Assembly (NCBI GenBank): GCA_016185845.1
Contig: JACPMV010000046.1
Span: 1 to 56,374, forward strand
Source of the DNA: Candidatus Woesearchaeota archaeon
GTDB lineage: Archaea > Nanobdellota > Nanobdellia > Woesearchaeales > GW2011-AR4
Reading direction: 5' to 3'
DNA: 56,374 nt
In this document: positions 18,905 through 28,622 of the stretch, one piece after another
Numbering within the stretch: the stretch's first letter is position 1
Layout: each line of letters starts with the position of its first letter
Notes under the pieces: generated by a model
What the model was told of the DNA's origin: nothing
Databases searched by the model: none
The model's input: the letters and a program-made list of their open reading frames with translations, nothing else
Translations under genes and position numbers: made by a program

Positions 18905-20197
18905 TTAGAATATTTTCCTGATTATTTTATGCGTGAATTTATTTGCATTTTTTCCGGTATAATTTCTTACAACCTGGCCTTTTCCCACCAGCTTGTATTT
19001 GTATATTACTAAGCCTTCCAATCCAACCGGCCCTCGCGCATGGATTTTTGCAGTACTTATGCCTACTTCCGCGCCTTTTCCGTACCTGAAGCCGTCTGCA
19101 AACCTTGTAGAGGCATTCCACATGACTGAGGCAGAGTCAACAAGATCCATGAATTTTTCAGCATTTTTTTTGTTTTCTGTTATTATTGCATCAGTGTGCT
19201 TTGAGCTGTGCTTATTTACATGGCTTATCGCTTCATCCAAATCATTGACCACCTTTACAGACAAAATAAGGTCATTGTATTCTGCGTCCCAGTCTTTTTC
19301 TGATGCCTTTTTAACATCTGCTATTCTTCTCGTTGATTCGTCTCCTCTGATTTCAACCCCTGCTTTTTTGAATTTTTCAGCCATTTTCGGCAGAAATTTC
19401 TTTGCAATATCCTTGTGGACAAGCAGCGTTTCAACTGCATTGCAGACAGCAGGATACTGGCATTTTGCATCAAAGCTTATCCTTATTGCTTTGTTCAAAT
19501 CAGCGTATTTATCAACATAAATATGGCAGATGCCCTCTGAATGCCCCAAGACGGGTATTTTTGTGTTCTCTTGTACATACTTTACAAAGGCATTGCTCCC
19601 TCTTGGGATTATTAAATTGATATGCTCATGCATTTTCAGCATTTCTGCTACCTGCTCTCTTGTTTCAATCAGCTGCACAGCGCCTTTTGGAATCCCGTTC
19701 TTCTCTGCAGCTTCTGATATTATTTTAACTAGTATCTTGTTGGAATTCAATGCTTCAGAGCCGCCTTTTAAAATAGCAGCATTGCCGGATTTTAGGCACA
19801 AAGCGCTTATTTGAGTGACCGCATCAGGCCTGGATTCAAATACTGCTCCGATAACTCCGATAGGGCATGTGACTTGGTAAAGCATCAGCCCTTTGTCAAG
19901 CTCGGTTTGGGATAATGTTTTTCCTACAGGGTCTTCCAGTCTTGCAACGCTTTTTATTTCTTCAACAATTTCATGTATTTTATTGTTGTCTATTCTCAGC
20001 CTGTCTACAATTACCATATTTAGTTTTTGTTTTTCGGCTAATATTAAATCTTTTTCATTTGCCCCAATTATTTTCTTTGAATTGCTTTTTATTGAGTTTG
20101 CAATTGCATTCAGCGCTTTATTTTTTACGCCAGTCGGCAATACAGCTAGCTTGATTGATGCTTCTTTCGCAAGTTTTGACTGTTCTGTTATGCTCAT
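18905..20197 (-). CDS. proA: Gamma-glutamyl phosphate reductase
   Basis: FESRPD, LKGGSEA, CNAVETLL, NASTRFADG, HARGPVGL. Confidence 0.96.
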   Translation of the reverse strand: MSITEQSKLAKEASIKLAVLPTGVKNKALNAIANSIKSNSKKIIGANEKDLILAEKQKLNMVIVDRLRIDNNKIHEIVEEIKSVARLEDPVGKTLSQTELDKGLMLYQVTCPIGVIGAVFESRPDAVTQISALCLKSGNAAILKGGSEALNSNKILVKIISEAAEKNGIPKGAVQLIETREQVAEMLKMHEHINLIIPRGSNAFVKYVQENTKIPVLGHSEGICHIYVDKYADLNKAIRISFDAKCQYPAVCNAVETLLVHKDIAKKFLPKMAEKFKKAGVEIRGDESTRRIADVKKASEKDWDAEYNDLILSVKVVNDLDEAISHVNKHSSKHTDAIITENKKNAEKFMDLVDSASVMWNASTRFADGFRYGKGAEVGISTAKIHARGPVGLEGLVIYKYKLVGKGQVVRNYTGKNANKFTHKIIRKIF

Positions 20198-20991
20198 TTT
20201 CCCAGCTCTTTGCTTCTTTTTATCGCAGCATTGATTGTTTTTTCTATGATTTTGCTTGTTTTGTTTTTGTCCAATACTTTTAATCCTGCCAGTGTAACAC
20301 CTTTTTTCGACGCTACCATTTTTATCAGTTCGTCAGGGCTTAGATTTTTTTCAATCAGCAGCTTACCGGTTCCCAATGCAGTTTTGGCAGCAAGCTTATA
20401 AGCCGTTTCCTTTGGTAGCCCATTTTTCATACCAGCTTTTGCCATTGCTTCCATGAAATAGGCGAAGAAAGCCGGTCCTGATCCGCTTATTGACGAAAGA
20501 GCATCTATCAATTCTTCTTTTATAAAAAATGATATGCCTGCCGAATTCAGCAATTTTTTAACTTCATTTACATCATCCTTTGTCGCGTATTTTCCCGCTG
20601 AAAACCCTGCAGCCATCTCTCCAACCAAGCTGTTTATGTTGGGCATAACCCTTATTATTCGCTTTTTGCCTAAAACAGATTCTATATGCCTTATTTTTAT
20701 TCCTGCGGCTATGGAAACAATTAGCTGGTTTTTTATTTCTCCTTTTATTTCTTTTAGGACAACATCAATGTCCTGCGGCTTTACGCAGATAAAGACAATA
20801 TCGGAGTTTCTTACGGCTTCTTTGTTGTCCGTTGTTGTTCTGATTCTTTTAAATTTTGATTTAATATTTCTCAAGTTTTCTTCCCTGTGGTCGCTTGCTA
20901 TCACGGATTTGGCAAGATTATTCTTATAGATACAGCTAATCAGGGCTGCTGCCATCTTTCCGGTTCCGATGAAGGAGATTGGTTTGGTCAT
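20194..20991 (-). CDS. proC: Pyrroline-5-carboxylate reductase
   Basis: IGTGKM, VKPQ, SIAAG, RVMPN, SGSGPA. Confidence 0.95.
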   Translation of the reverse strand: MTKPISFIGTGKMAAALISCIYKNNLAKSVIASDHREENLRNIKSKFKRIRTTTDNKEAVRNSDIVFICVKPQDIDVVLKEIKGEIKNQLIVSIAAGIKIRHIESVLGKKRIIRVMPNINSLVGEMAAGFSAGKYATKDDVNEVKKLLNSAGISFFIKEELIDALSSISGSGPAFFAYFMEAMAKAGMKNGLPKETAYKLAAKTALGTGKLLIEKNLSPDELIKMVASKKGVTLAGLKVLDKNKTSKIIEKTINAAIKRSKELGK

Positions 20992-21008
20992 CTTTTTTAA
21001 CACTTTAT

Positions 21009-21704
21009 TCACTTATTTTTAAACTTTTCATAATCAAGGACAGCTTTCTTATGCTTTTCAAACAATTTATTGTCAATATGCCCGTAAACTCCTTGAAGAT
21101 TGTCCTTGAACTGCTCCGAGACTATTTTTTCCTTTATTTTTAAAAATCTATCATTAAAATCCGCCCTTTCCGATACTTCCCCCTTAACCCATTCGGGATC
21201 CTTAACTTGCGGCATCAGCATAAAAATATCCCTTATGTCTGTATTTCTGCAGGCTACCAACTTCATAACTACAAGCGCCTCAGGATTCACAATCCGCAGC
21301 TTTAACTCTCCTGCAATGGTTTTTCCCTTTAGTGCTCTTAAAGCAGAGTTCTTAAAAACCCATTCTGCGCTAAACATTGCTTTTGTCTGCCTGTCATAAA
21401 CATTCTTAATCAATATATCGAAGCTGACAATAAAATTTTTCTTTATTGCTTTTTCATATCTGAGGAAATCTCCGGAATATGGCCCAAAATCTGTGCCTTT
21501 TGCTATTTCATAGCCTAATTTGTCCAGCTCCTTTGCTATTTCTGCAGTTTCAGCCTTATTTTCTGTGACTATATCGCAATCCACAGAAAATCTGGGCAGA
21601 GTGTAAGCATTGACTGCATAGCCGCCTATTACTGCAAATTTTTGATTATTTATTTTTTTAAGAGCGTCAAAAATTTCCTTTTCCCTAATCTGAAGCAGTT
21701 CCAT
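21009..21704 (-). CDS. AbiEii-like nucleotidyltransferase (type IV TA toxin candidate)
   Basis: IGGYAV..RFSVDCD; MKL..R..DIRD. Confidence 0.7.
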   Translation of the reverse strand: MELLQIREKEIFDALKKINNQKFAVIGGYAVNAYTLPRFSVDCDIVTENKAETAEIAKELDKLGYEIAKGTDFGPYSGDFLRYEKAIKKNFIVSFDILIKNVYDRQTKAMFSAEWVFKNSALRALKGKTIAGELKLRIVNPEALVVMKLVACRNTDIRDIFMLMPQVKDPEWVKGEVSERADFNDRFLKIKEKIVSEQFKDNLQGVYGHIDNKLFEKHKKAVLDYEKFKNK

Positions 21705-22287
21705 ATTTTTTCCTCATGTAGTTGTAGGCGTATGAATACATTTCATTTGCTTTTGCTGTTTTTAATGAGTCCTTTAATGGCTCAACTTTTAACCCGCCAT
21801 TGTCATCAAATTTAATCTCATTTACCGGGATTAAAATCACATATTCCCCAATTGTCGAGCCCTCTTTTATATAATTGGGTATATTTATTTTATTGAAGAA
21901 CCTTTTCCAGTATTGTAAGTCTTTTCTCAAGACCTTTATGAAGTAAGGTGATTTCTCAATGCCCCTCTGGACATAGGAATAGTCAGACCATACCTCTATT
22001 GCCGATAAATTTGTGAATGCATAAGGTTTTGAGGCTTCTTTCATTAAGCGTGGCACTTTGAATTCCAACAATCCTTCGATTACAGTCTCCGGCTGCATGC
22101 ATTTATAAGTGCCCCTTGAGGCCTTTACTATCCAGCCTGCTCTTAATAAGGTGGAGAATATCTTTTTCCTCATGCTCTGGCCTACAATCCAGTCTAATTC
22201 AGACTGCTTAAACTGTTCTCTTGGGCCGTGCCTTGTGAAAAACAATGAGTACGCCCTCAAGCAATACTGCGGTATTTCGCTTATCAT
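21685..22287 (-). CDS. AbiEi-like wHTH antitoxin/regulator
   Basis: LLRAGWIVKASRGTY wing; AFTNLSAIEVW; overlaps the NTase gene. Confidence 0.62.
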   Translation of the reverse strand: MISEIPQYCLRAYSLFFTRHGPREQFKQSELDWIVGQSMRKKIFSTLLRAGWIVKASRGTYKCMQPETVIEGLLEFKVPRLMKEASKPYAFTNLSAIEVWSDYSYVQRGIEKSPYFIKVLRKDLQYWKRFFNKINIPNYIKEGSTIGEYVILIPVNEIKFDDNGGLKVEPLKDSLKTAKANEMYSYAYNYMRKKYGTASD

Positions 22288-22308
22288 AGTTACCTATTAG
22301 GTAACTAT
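22286..22308. promoter_or_regulatory. Perfect palindromic operator of the TA pair
   Basis: ATAGTTACCTA-T-TAGGTAACTAT overlapping the start codon, next to a TATA box. Confidence 0.75.
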
Positions 22309-22337
22309 CTATTTAAATAGTTTTCGGTTTTGAGAAA

Positions 22338-22524
22338 CTAATCAAGGCTGCTGCCATCTGTCAAAAACCAACAAGATTAACTATATCTCGGAAATTCAAA
22401 AATTTCCGATGACCATCGAAAATTGCTTTGCAATTTATCGAGGAATTGTATTGGTTTTTGAGCATCATCAGAAATTATCAAGATTTCTGAGATTTCCGGT
22501 TCCTATGAAGGAGATTGGTTTCAT
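22338..22524 (-). pseudogene. Duplicated proC 5' end interrupted by a 134-bp hairpin element
   Basis: 22338-22359 matches 20936-20957 (21/22); 22494-22521 matches 20958-20985 (27/28). Confidence 0.8.
22360..22493. mobile_element. Multi-hairpin MITE/REP-like insertion
   Basis: TCAAAAACCAA/TTGGTTTTTGA stem enclosing TCGGAAATT/AATTTCCGA and AAATTGC/GCAATTT hairpins, plus TCAGAAAT/ATTTCTGA. Confidence 0.65.
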
Positions 22525-22567
22525 TATTTTAAAAAATAAATTTTTTAGTATTTAAGATTCATTTGTT

Positions 22568-24637
22568 TTAATGTTCCCTTATTGCGAATAATTGCGCATA
22601 TCCTTGCGCAGTCTTTTTTGGCTTAATAATCTCATTTATTTGAGTTAGCATGCTTTGCCACTGGAATACGCTTTCAGGCATTTTTTTGCCCCACATATCC
22701 CATGGTCTTACCCCATAGTCCAAGCCGCCTTGCTCAGCGCCAATAGTATCCAACTCTTCCATAACCTCATTCCATGGGCGGATTTCACGCATTAATTTTT
22801 CTATTATATACATAGATATTCCTCTTGAAGATATATGCGGCTCCTGATTTTGGCCGCTTATAGCAAATGAATGGTCTGGCACTTCATAATAATATCTTCT
22901 TCCAACATGTTTCCAATCTACGCTTGTTTCTTTTCTTTTAACCCACCCAAGATCAAATGCAGGATTCTTGTCAGTCGGGCCTACTTTGTAAAGATAAGGG
23001 TATGTTCCAATATCTGATTTTTTCAGCCCTGCTCCGGGAATCTCCCTTAAAAGATCTACAGGAACATATTTTTGACCTGTAACTCTTCCTGTAACTGGGT
23101 CTTTCCTGTATGCTATATCATTTTCATTTTCCATATGCCATAAGTTCCATATTGATGCATTATTTGCTTCAACATAATCCATTATAGTCGAAGTCCCAGT
23201 ATGAAACCTGCCGTCTCTTAAATCATCTCTGTAAGTGTCATGCATATTTGTTATATAATTTGCCATTTCCAGCGTATCCACCCAAACCTTAAATTGCGAC
23301 TCGGCGCCGCCAGGAAGTTGTCTCCACGTGCTGCTTTTGGTAGGATTGCCTTTCTCATCCCATTTGTCCATCATTACATAGCCATCTTCATCAACTTCCA
23401 AAGGATAGCCATATTTATCAAGCCCATGGTCTAACTCATCAGGCTTTTTGTACCATTTGCCTCCTCCGGGATTTGTGTAGCCGTCATATTTTCTTAACTC
23501 GTCTTTAATTTCAGCATTGAAGTATCGCTTGCCGTAAACAATCGGCTGTATAATTTTATAAGAATGGTAATAAACCATTTTTTCTGGAGAAAATACTTCT
23601 TGGGATTGTGTTCTACTCATATCCGCAATTTTATCAAATGCCTGAGACATAACTACGCCACGATTCCTGACAAAAGAACGGGCCCTTCCCTCATATCCTG
23701 TAGTCAGCTCATCTCCAAAATGTGAACCTTTGATTTTTTCGCCACCGCAATATTCAGATAGTATAATTCCAATGTAGCTTATGTATGCTCCTCGTATTGA
23801 TTTAACATGACCTATCATATTTTTTTTGATAGTTTCATCCGCTTCCAAATCAACTACTCTTGCTATAAAATCATCGCATATTTTATTTATTGTAGCTGTA
23901 TAACGTAGAGCATAATCAGCCTGCCGGCCATATCCAAATGGGCTGATTTCAACAATCCATTCACGGCTCATGCCAGGAATAGGATACCTCATTTTGCATT
24001 TTGCAGGCACAATATACTCATAAGCCTGACCTGCAATGTTTATTGATAACTTATCAAAAACAAATGGATCCTGCAGTCTCCTCATTCTTTCCTCTTCAGT
24101 TTCTTCTTCAATATCCTGCTCTATTTCCAAGTCTTTTTGTGTTATCCCCCTTTCATATAATGGGTACTCCCAGTTTGTTCTTGAAGGATCCAGGAATATT
24201 CCCGCTTTTGCATATATATCATTAAGCTCTTCTACATAACCTCTTTGGTCCTTATCCGGGTCCCATCTTTGAAAAACATCCCAGCTTTTCTCAATGGAAT
24301 TTACTGCTTCTACTCGCCTTTGCAATAATTTAATTAAGTTTTCAACCCTTGTGTCGTGTCTTTTTAAGGGATGCCTGAGCCTTTGCCATAAGCTTATTTC
24401 TTCTCTTGCAACTTTGCCTATGTCAAGCCTTACTGCCTGCAGTGCGCCAGCCGCTTCCCCTCTGTATTTAGTATATCTTAATGGTATTCCCGTTCCTTCT
24501 TGAATATTTATATCAATCCATCTGCCAAAACGGGACCTCTTGAATTTATGCTTTATTATGTTAGCCCATCTTTGTGGCCATTTACTTGCCTGCCTTGGTT
24601 GTGGTTGTTGCACACTAGGCTGCTCTTGGTCTGCCAT
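22568..24637 (-). CDS. Large hypothetical protein; C-terminal domain paralogous to 26384-28618
   Basis: EVDEDGYV, DLRDGRFH, PAFDL, VGRRYY, PHISSRGIS. Confidence 0.8.
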   Translation of the reverse strand: MADQEQPSVQQPQPRQASKWPQRWANIIKHKFKRSRFGRWIDINIQEGTGIPLRYTKYRGEAAGALQAVRLDIGKVAREEISLWQRLRHPLKRHDTRVENLIKLLQRRVEAVNSIEKSWDVFQRWDPDKDQRGYVEELNDIYAKAGIFLDPSRTNWEYPLYERGITQKDLEIEQDIEEETEEERMRRLQDPFVFDKLSINIAGQAYEYIVPAKCKMRYPIPGMSREWIVEISPFGYGRQADYALRYTATINKICDDFIARVVDLEADETIKKNMIGHVKSIRGAYISYIGIILSEYCGGEKIKGSHFGDELTTGYEGRARSFVRNRGVVMSQAFDKIADMSRTQSQEVFSPEKMVYYHSYKIIQPIVYGKRYFNAEIKDELRKYDGYTNPGGGKWYKKPDELDHGLDKYGYPLEVDEDGYVMMDKWDEKGNPTKSSTWRQLPGGAESQFKVWVDTLEMANYITNMHDTYRDDLRDGRFHTGTSTIMDYVEANNASIWNLWHMENENDIAYRKDPVTGRVTGQKYVPVDLLREIPGAGLKKSDIGTYPYLYKVGPTDKNPAFDLGWVKRKETSVDWKHVGRRYYYEVPDHSFAISGQNQEPHISSRGISMYIIEKLMREIRPWNEVMEELDTIGAEQGGLDYGVRPWDMWGKKMPESVFQWQSMLTQINEIIKPKKTAQGYAQLFAIREH

Positions 24638-26387
24638 AATTCTCCTCCCTCTTAATTTCTATTGATGTTTTTGTTTGTTGATTATCTAAAATAAGGAACC
24701 CAAAATTATTTTTCATGAACCTATCGAGCACTCGATATTCTTCTTCAACTGCGACCATATAATCCTTTAATTCTTCCAGTTTTCTTTGAATATTCTCATC
24801 TTTAAATATACTCTCCATTAAAGATAGATTATATTCGGCGCTTTTAGCGAAACCAGCTGCCTGTCCAAGGCCGTACATTATTGCTAAGAAATACTTTGGC
24901 GTTAAGGAAGTTGCTTCTAAGCTGGCGCCGCTGATTTTACGAACCCTATCTATAAGTGGAATAGCCATATTAATGCGGGCAAGTGCAATTTCTAATCTTG
25001 ACACAATCTGTTCCCTTATATCATGATCGATAACCCTTTCTTTTGCAGAGAAAAAATCAGTAGATACATCAGCGCATCTATCACTTAAATATTCGAACAT
25101 TGTCTTTAAATCTTCAATTCTTTTCCTCAATCTTTCTTTAACCCTTCTAGCTTCTTTCAGGATGGCAGCGGCAGTGTCGCGTTCACTTTTGACTATTGGC
25201 AATAAAGCATCTTTCAGCTCGCCAACCTCGGGTTTTTCCATTTTGCTTAATTCCGCAATTCTGCTCCTAAAAAGAATTTCCATCGCTGTAATGAATGGGT
25301 ATATGACTCTTGCCCTCATGTACTGGACAGAGCTGAATTCCGCCAGCTTTTGCGTCAAAAATTGAAGCATTTCTCTTGGATATTCTCTTTTTGCTTCGGC
25401 CTTGGAAAACAACCCTTTGTGGTAAGCGATTTTTTGCTCCAGCTCCTCTGCAAATTCGGCAGCTCCGAAATCATTCACCAATTTGTCCACTACTTTTTTT
25501 GGATTTGTGAACCCTTCCCAATTAAATGAATCTCTTTGGAAGGCGTCTATTTGCGCTTTTAAATACCCAAGGAAGGCATAAAAGTTTTCAAGATGCCTCT
25601 TGGCTCTATTTGTTCTTGAGAATTTTTCAACTGCCTCATCGTTAAAGTCCTTTATCAAGCCCAAATGATCTTTGCCTTCTCCATCAAAGAAAACTTTGGC
25701 TCTGGCTTCAAAGAATGGGATTCCCATTGTCATAGACTCTCTTGTTTTCCATGACTCAACTTCTCTTAAATCCCTTGCCAGCCACTCTATCTCCTGCCCT
25801 GTAAGCATTACTATTATATTCTCAATTCTTGCAGATGCTTTTTTATCTCTCATGCTGTCAAGAGAAGCTCTTATTTCTGCTCTGTGGGGCGGGGTTTTAA
25901 TATATCCCTCAACTTTCTCTTTTTCAGGATTTTCCATTACAAACCTGTAAAGATTCAGCAATACAATAAACTCATCTTGTGCCTTATCACTTGTAAACTC
26001 TTTTCCTGATTTTCCTAGTTGCTCTAGGACATATCCCATCAGCTCTCCCCGGTATCTTACAATCCATTGCCTCATTGCCCTTAACTTTCTTAAAAATTCA
26101 AATGGGTCACCATTGGATGCCCTGTAGTTATTCGATATCAAGAGTATCAACTGGAAATCAGGGTATCTTTCCAGTAATTTGCGATCGTCATTTAAGCCGT
26201 TTTTTAAATGATCTTGCACCCTTATTCTTTTAGAATCTACTTTATCTATGAATTCCAAGCTGCTGCCAAAAACTTGGGCCAGAATTGCGTCTGCGCGTTT
26301 CATAGTTTCTTCAATAAGTTTACTTTTTCCTTTTCTTCGCAAAATGCCTTTCAGTTTTTCAAACAATGCTGAATTAATTTTAATCAT
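24615..26387 (-). CDS. Large all-helical/coiled-coil hypothetical protein
   Basis: 590-aa ORF overlapping both neighbours. Confidence 0.78.
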   Translation of the reverse strand: MIKINSALFEKLKGILRRKGKSKLIEETMKRADAILAQVFGSSLEFIDKVDSKRIRVQDHLKNGLNDDRKLLERYPDFQLILLISNNYRASNGDPFEFLRKLRAMRQWIVRYRGELMGYVLEQLGKSGKEFTSDKAQDEFIVLLNLYRFVMENPEKEKVEGYIKTPPHRAEIRASLDSMRDKKASARIENIIVMLTGQEIEWLARDLREVESWKTRESMTMGIPFFEARAKVFFDGEGKDHLGLIKDFNDEAVEKFSRTNRAKRHLENFYAFLGYLKAQIDAFQRDSFNWEGFTNPKKVVDKLVNDFGAAEFAEELEQKIAYHKGLFSKAEAKREYPREMLQFLTQKLAEFSSVQYMRARVIYPFITAMEILFRSRIAELSKMEKPEVGELKDALLPIVKSERDTAAAILKEARRVKERLRKRIEDLKTMFEYLSDRCADVSTDFFSAKERVIDHDIREQIVSRLEIALARINMAIPLIDRVRKISGASLEATSLTPKYFLAIMYGLGQAAGFAKSAEYNLSLMESIFKDENIQRKLEELKDYMVAVEEEYRVLDRFMKNNFGFLILDNQQTKTSIEIKREENYGRPRAA

Positions 26388-28618
26388 TTTGTTTTTTCTC
26401 CGCCTGTAGTAACTCCAGTTGTGAATACTTTTTCAGGAGTTTTAGATGAACTATCCCATACCCAATAAGCCAATTCCTGCCTGGTTTTGTCAGTTTTCTT
26501 TTCTGCTTTTTCAATCATCATATTCAATACCTGCGATAATCCGACTGTGGAAAGCGTTGGGTAAGGATTTCCGGTTTTTCTGTCCCTGCTCACAGATTCA
26601 TCCCAGTAATTTTTTTTGCCCCAATATTTATAGAGCCCAGAATGCCTTAATGCCTCCAAATCAAATGCCCCTCTCTCAGGGTATTGCGGAGGTGTTCTTG
26701 TCGGATATTCTCTGCCATTTTGATTCCTGCTTCTCAAGTCAAATGTATTCTTGCTTATTAGGTTTGTATAATCTACATCAGACCTGCTGTTTGGATGGTA
26801 ATGCCCAAATCTAAGGTCCTGCATAAAAGCATCCCACTCATTTAAAATCTGTTTAAAGACAAAGGCAAACGATGCTATGTTAGGATACTCATTGGTTTGC
26901 GGGTAATCTTTAATGTCTTCTATCCTTACTCGTCTTATATAGCCAAGGTTTTTGTGCTCAACTTCTATGGCATTGACATCTTCCAGAACAAAGCCTTTTA
27001 TGTCAACCTCGTGCCTCAACGGGACTGTTCCAAATTGAGTTGCAAAAGACTGGATAGCAAAACCAAGCCTGAAACTCTTGTTAATTTTAGCCAATTCATC
27101 ATTTATTTGCTTTCTTACTTTAAGGCTTTTAAGTTCAAGCTGAGCAGCATCTGTCACTTCTAATTTGTAGCGTCTTTTGAATTTCTTATCGGTCCTGTAA
27201 AGTCTGGTAAATTCAGGCTTTAACCGTCCTCTAACCTCTCCTTCAAGCCTTCTATTAACTTCTTCAGCAACCCTTTCTTCAACCCATCTTCTGGCCGGTG
27301 AACCCGCACGACCAATGCCAGTCGCATTTGGAATTCTCCGTTTTATCTCGTTAAGCGCATGTTCTGTAAATCTTCGTCTTGCATCTTCAGTTAATGCGGT
27401 TCTTAGCTCGCTTTCAATCCTTTTTCTTAAATCTTCCATAAACTCTTTTTGCTTTTTCTTCATTATTTCAATGTATTTTCTTCTGACCGCTTTGGCGTAC
27501 TCCTTATAACCCGGATAATCTTTCCAAATCTTAAGTTTTTCAAAGTCTATAGACCAAACTACAGGATCGCCTTTATCAATGGTATTTACTGGAACTTCCC
27601 ACAACTCATAAATTGCGTTTTCGTCTGCAAACCTGTAATAATGCTTATATGCGCCGTATAAGGCAACTAGGTCCAAGATATGGATTTTTAGGCTCTTTAA
27701 CCTATGGATTAGCCCGAATTTCTTTATATCATCTTCGAATTGAGAATATCCTTTACTCATAGCTGTAAAAATTCCCAAGAAACGTGATTTTATATATCCT
27801 TCATATATCTTCAAATCGTCATGCTCATTGTATTTTCCTTTGAGTTCACTGCTTTCAAGATGACTTTTGAGCAATTCAAAAAATTGGGTAATCATCTCCC
27901 TGTTTGTGTTCCAGCCTCTTTTTTTATCACCCAAGTCAAACCTGTGCGTGTCAATCACTTCACTTAGCTCGTCATAACTCATTGGAGTCTGATCAAAAAT
28001 TATCTGAAGCCCGGCAGCCTGGGCCTGGGCATCCTCAACTCCTCCCTTTTTGCCATAATAAGTGTGCAATCTCGTCATCCAGTTCATAACCATCATTAAT
28101 TCTGCCCTAATCTGGGTAAAAGTGTAGGAAAGCTCATTATTGAACTGCGGATTTTTCATTTCAAGATTCTCTATTCTATTTTTTACAATCCGCAGTCTGG
28201 ATTGCCTTAATGCGAGCAAAAACGGAGCCCAGCCCCTTTCTTTTACCCCTTTCCAGATTCTGCTGCGGCGTTTTTTGTATGGGAACCATTTGTACCATTT
28301 ATTTGAGGTTTTTCCCAACAATCCAATTCCTGTCCACCACGGCATCCATGCAAATTTTGGAGCAACTTTTCTGAAAAAGACGCGCCACATTTTCCATATT
28401 ACCCAAAACCATATAATGCCAACTAGGGTATTTGAGAAAGGACCAAGATATTCCTTTCCACCAGCCGAGGTTGAAATACTGTCAAAGATAATAGTTACAG
28501 TCGGTACCCATCCTGCAATAAATGGCGTAGCTAATATATCTAGGAGTAGGAATACCATAAGCCATCTGAAGATTTTTCTCCATTTCCAGCTATCCAAAAT
28601 ATTTGTTGTGTCCGCCAT
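26384..28618 (-). CDS. Large membrane-anchored hypothetical protein with coiled coil and conserved C-terminal domain
   Basis: 2 N-terminal TMs; EVDIKGFV, DLRFGHYH, GAFDL, WGKKNYW, PTLSTVGLS. Confidence 0.8.
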   Translation of the reverse strand: MADTTNILDSWKWRKIFRWLMVFLLLDILATPFIAGWVPTVTIIFDSISTSAGGKEYLGPFSNTLVGIIWFWVIWKMWRVFFRKVAPKFAWMPWWTGIGLLGKTSNKWYKWFPYKKRRSRIWKGVKERGWAPFLLALRQSRLRIVKNRIENLEMKNPQFNNELSYTFTQIRAELMMVMNWMTRLHTYYGKKGGVEDAQAQAAGLQIIFDQTPMSYDELSEVIDTHRFDLGDKKRGWNTNREMITQFFELLKSHLESSELKGKYNEHDDLKIYEGYIKSRFLGIFTAMSKGYSQFEDDIKKFGLIHRLKSLKIHILDLVALYGAYKHYYRFADENAIYELWEVPVNTIDKGDPVVWSIDFEKLKIWKDYPGYKEYAKAVRRKYIEIMKKKQKEFMEDLRKRIESELRTALTEDARRRFTEHALNEIKRRIPNATGIGRAGSPARRWVEERVAEEVNRRLEGEVRGRLKPEFTRLYRTDKKFKRRYKLEVTDAAQLELKSLKVRKQINDELAKINKSFRLGFAIQSFATQFGTVPLRHEVDIKGFVLEDVNAIEVEHKNLGYIRRVRIEDIKDYPQTNEYPNIASFAFVFKQILNEWDAFMQDLRFGHYHPNSRSDVDYTNLISKNTFDLRSRNQNGREYPTRTPPQYPERGAFDLEALRHSGLYKYWGKKNYWDESVSRDRKTGNPYPTLSTVGLSQVLNMMIEKAEKKTDKTRQELAYWVWDSSSKTPEKVFTTGVTTGGEKTK

Positions 28619-28622
28619 TGTA

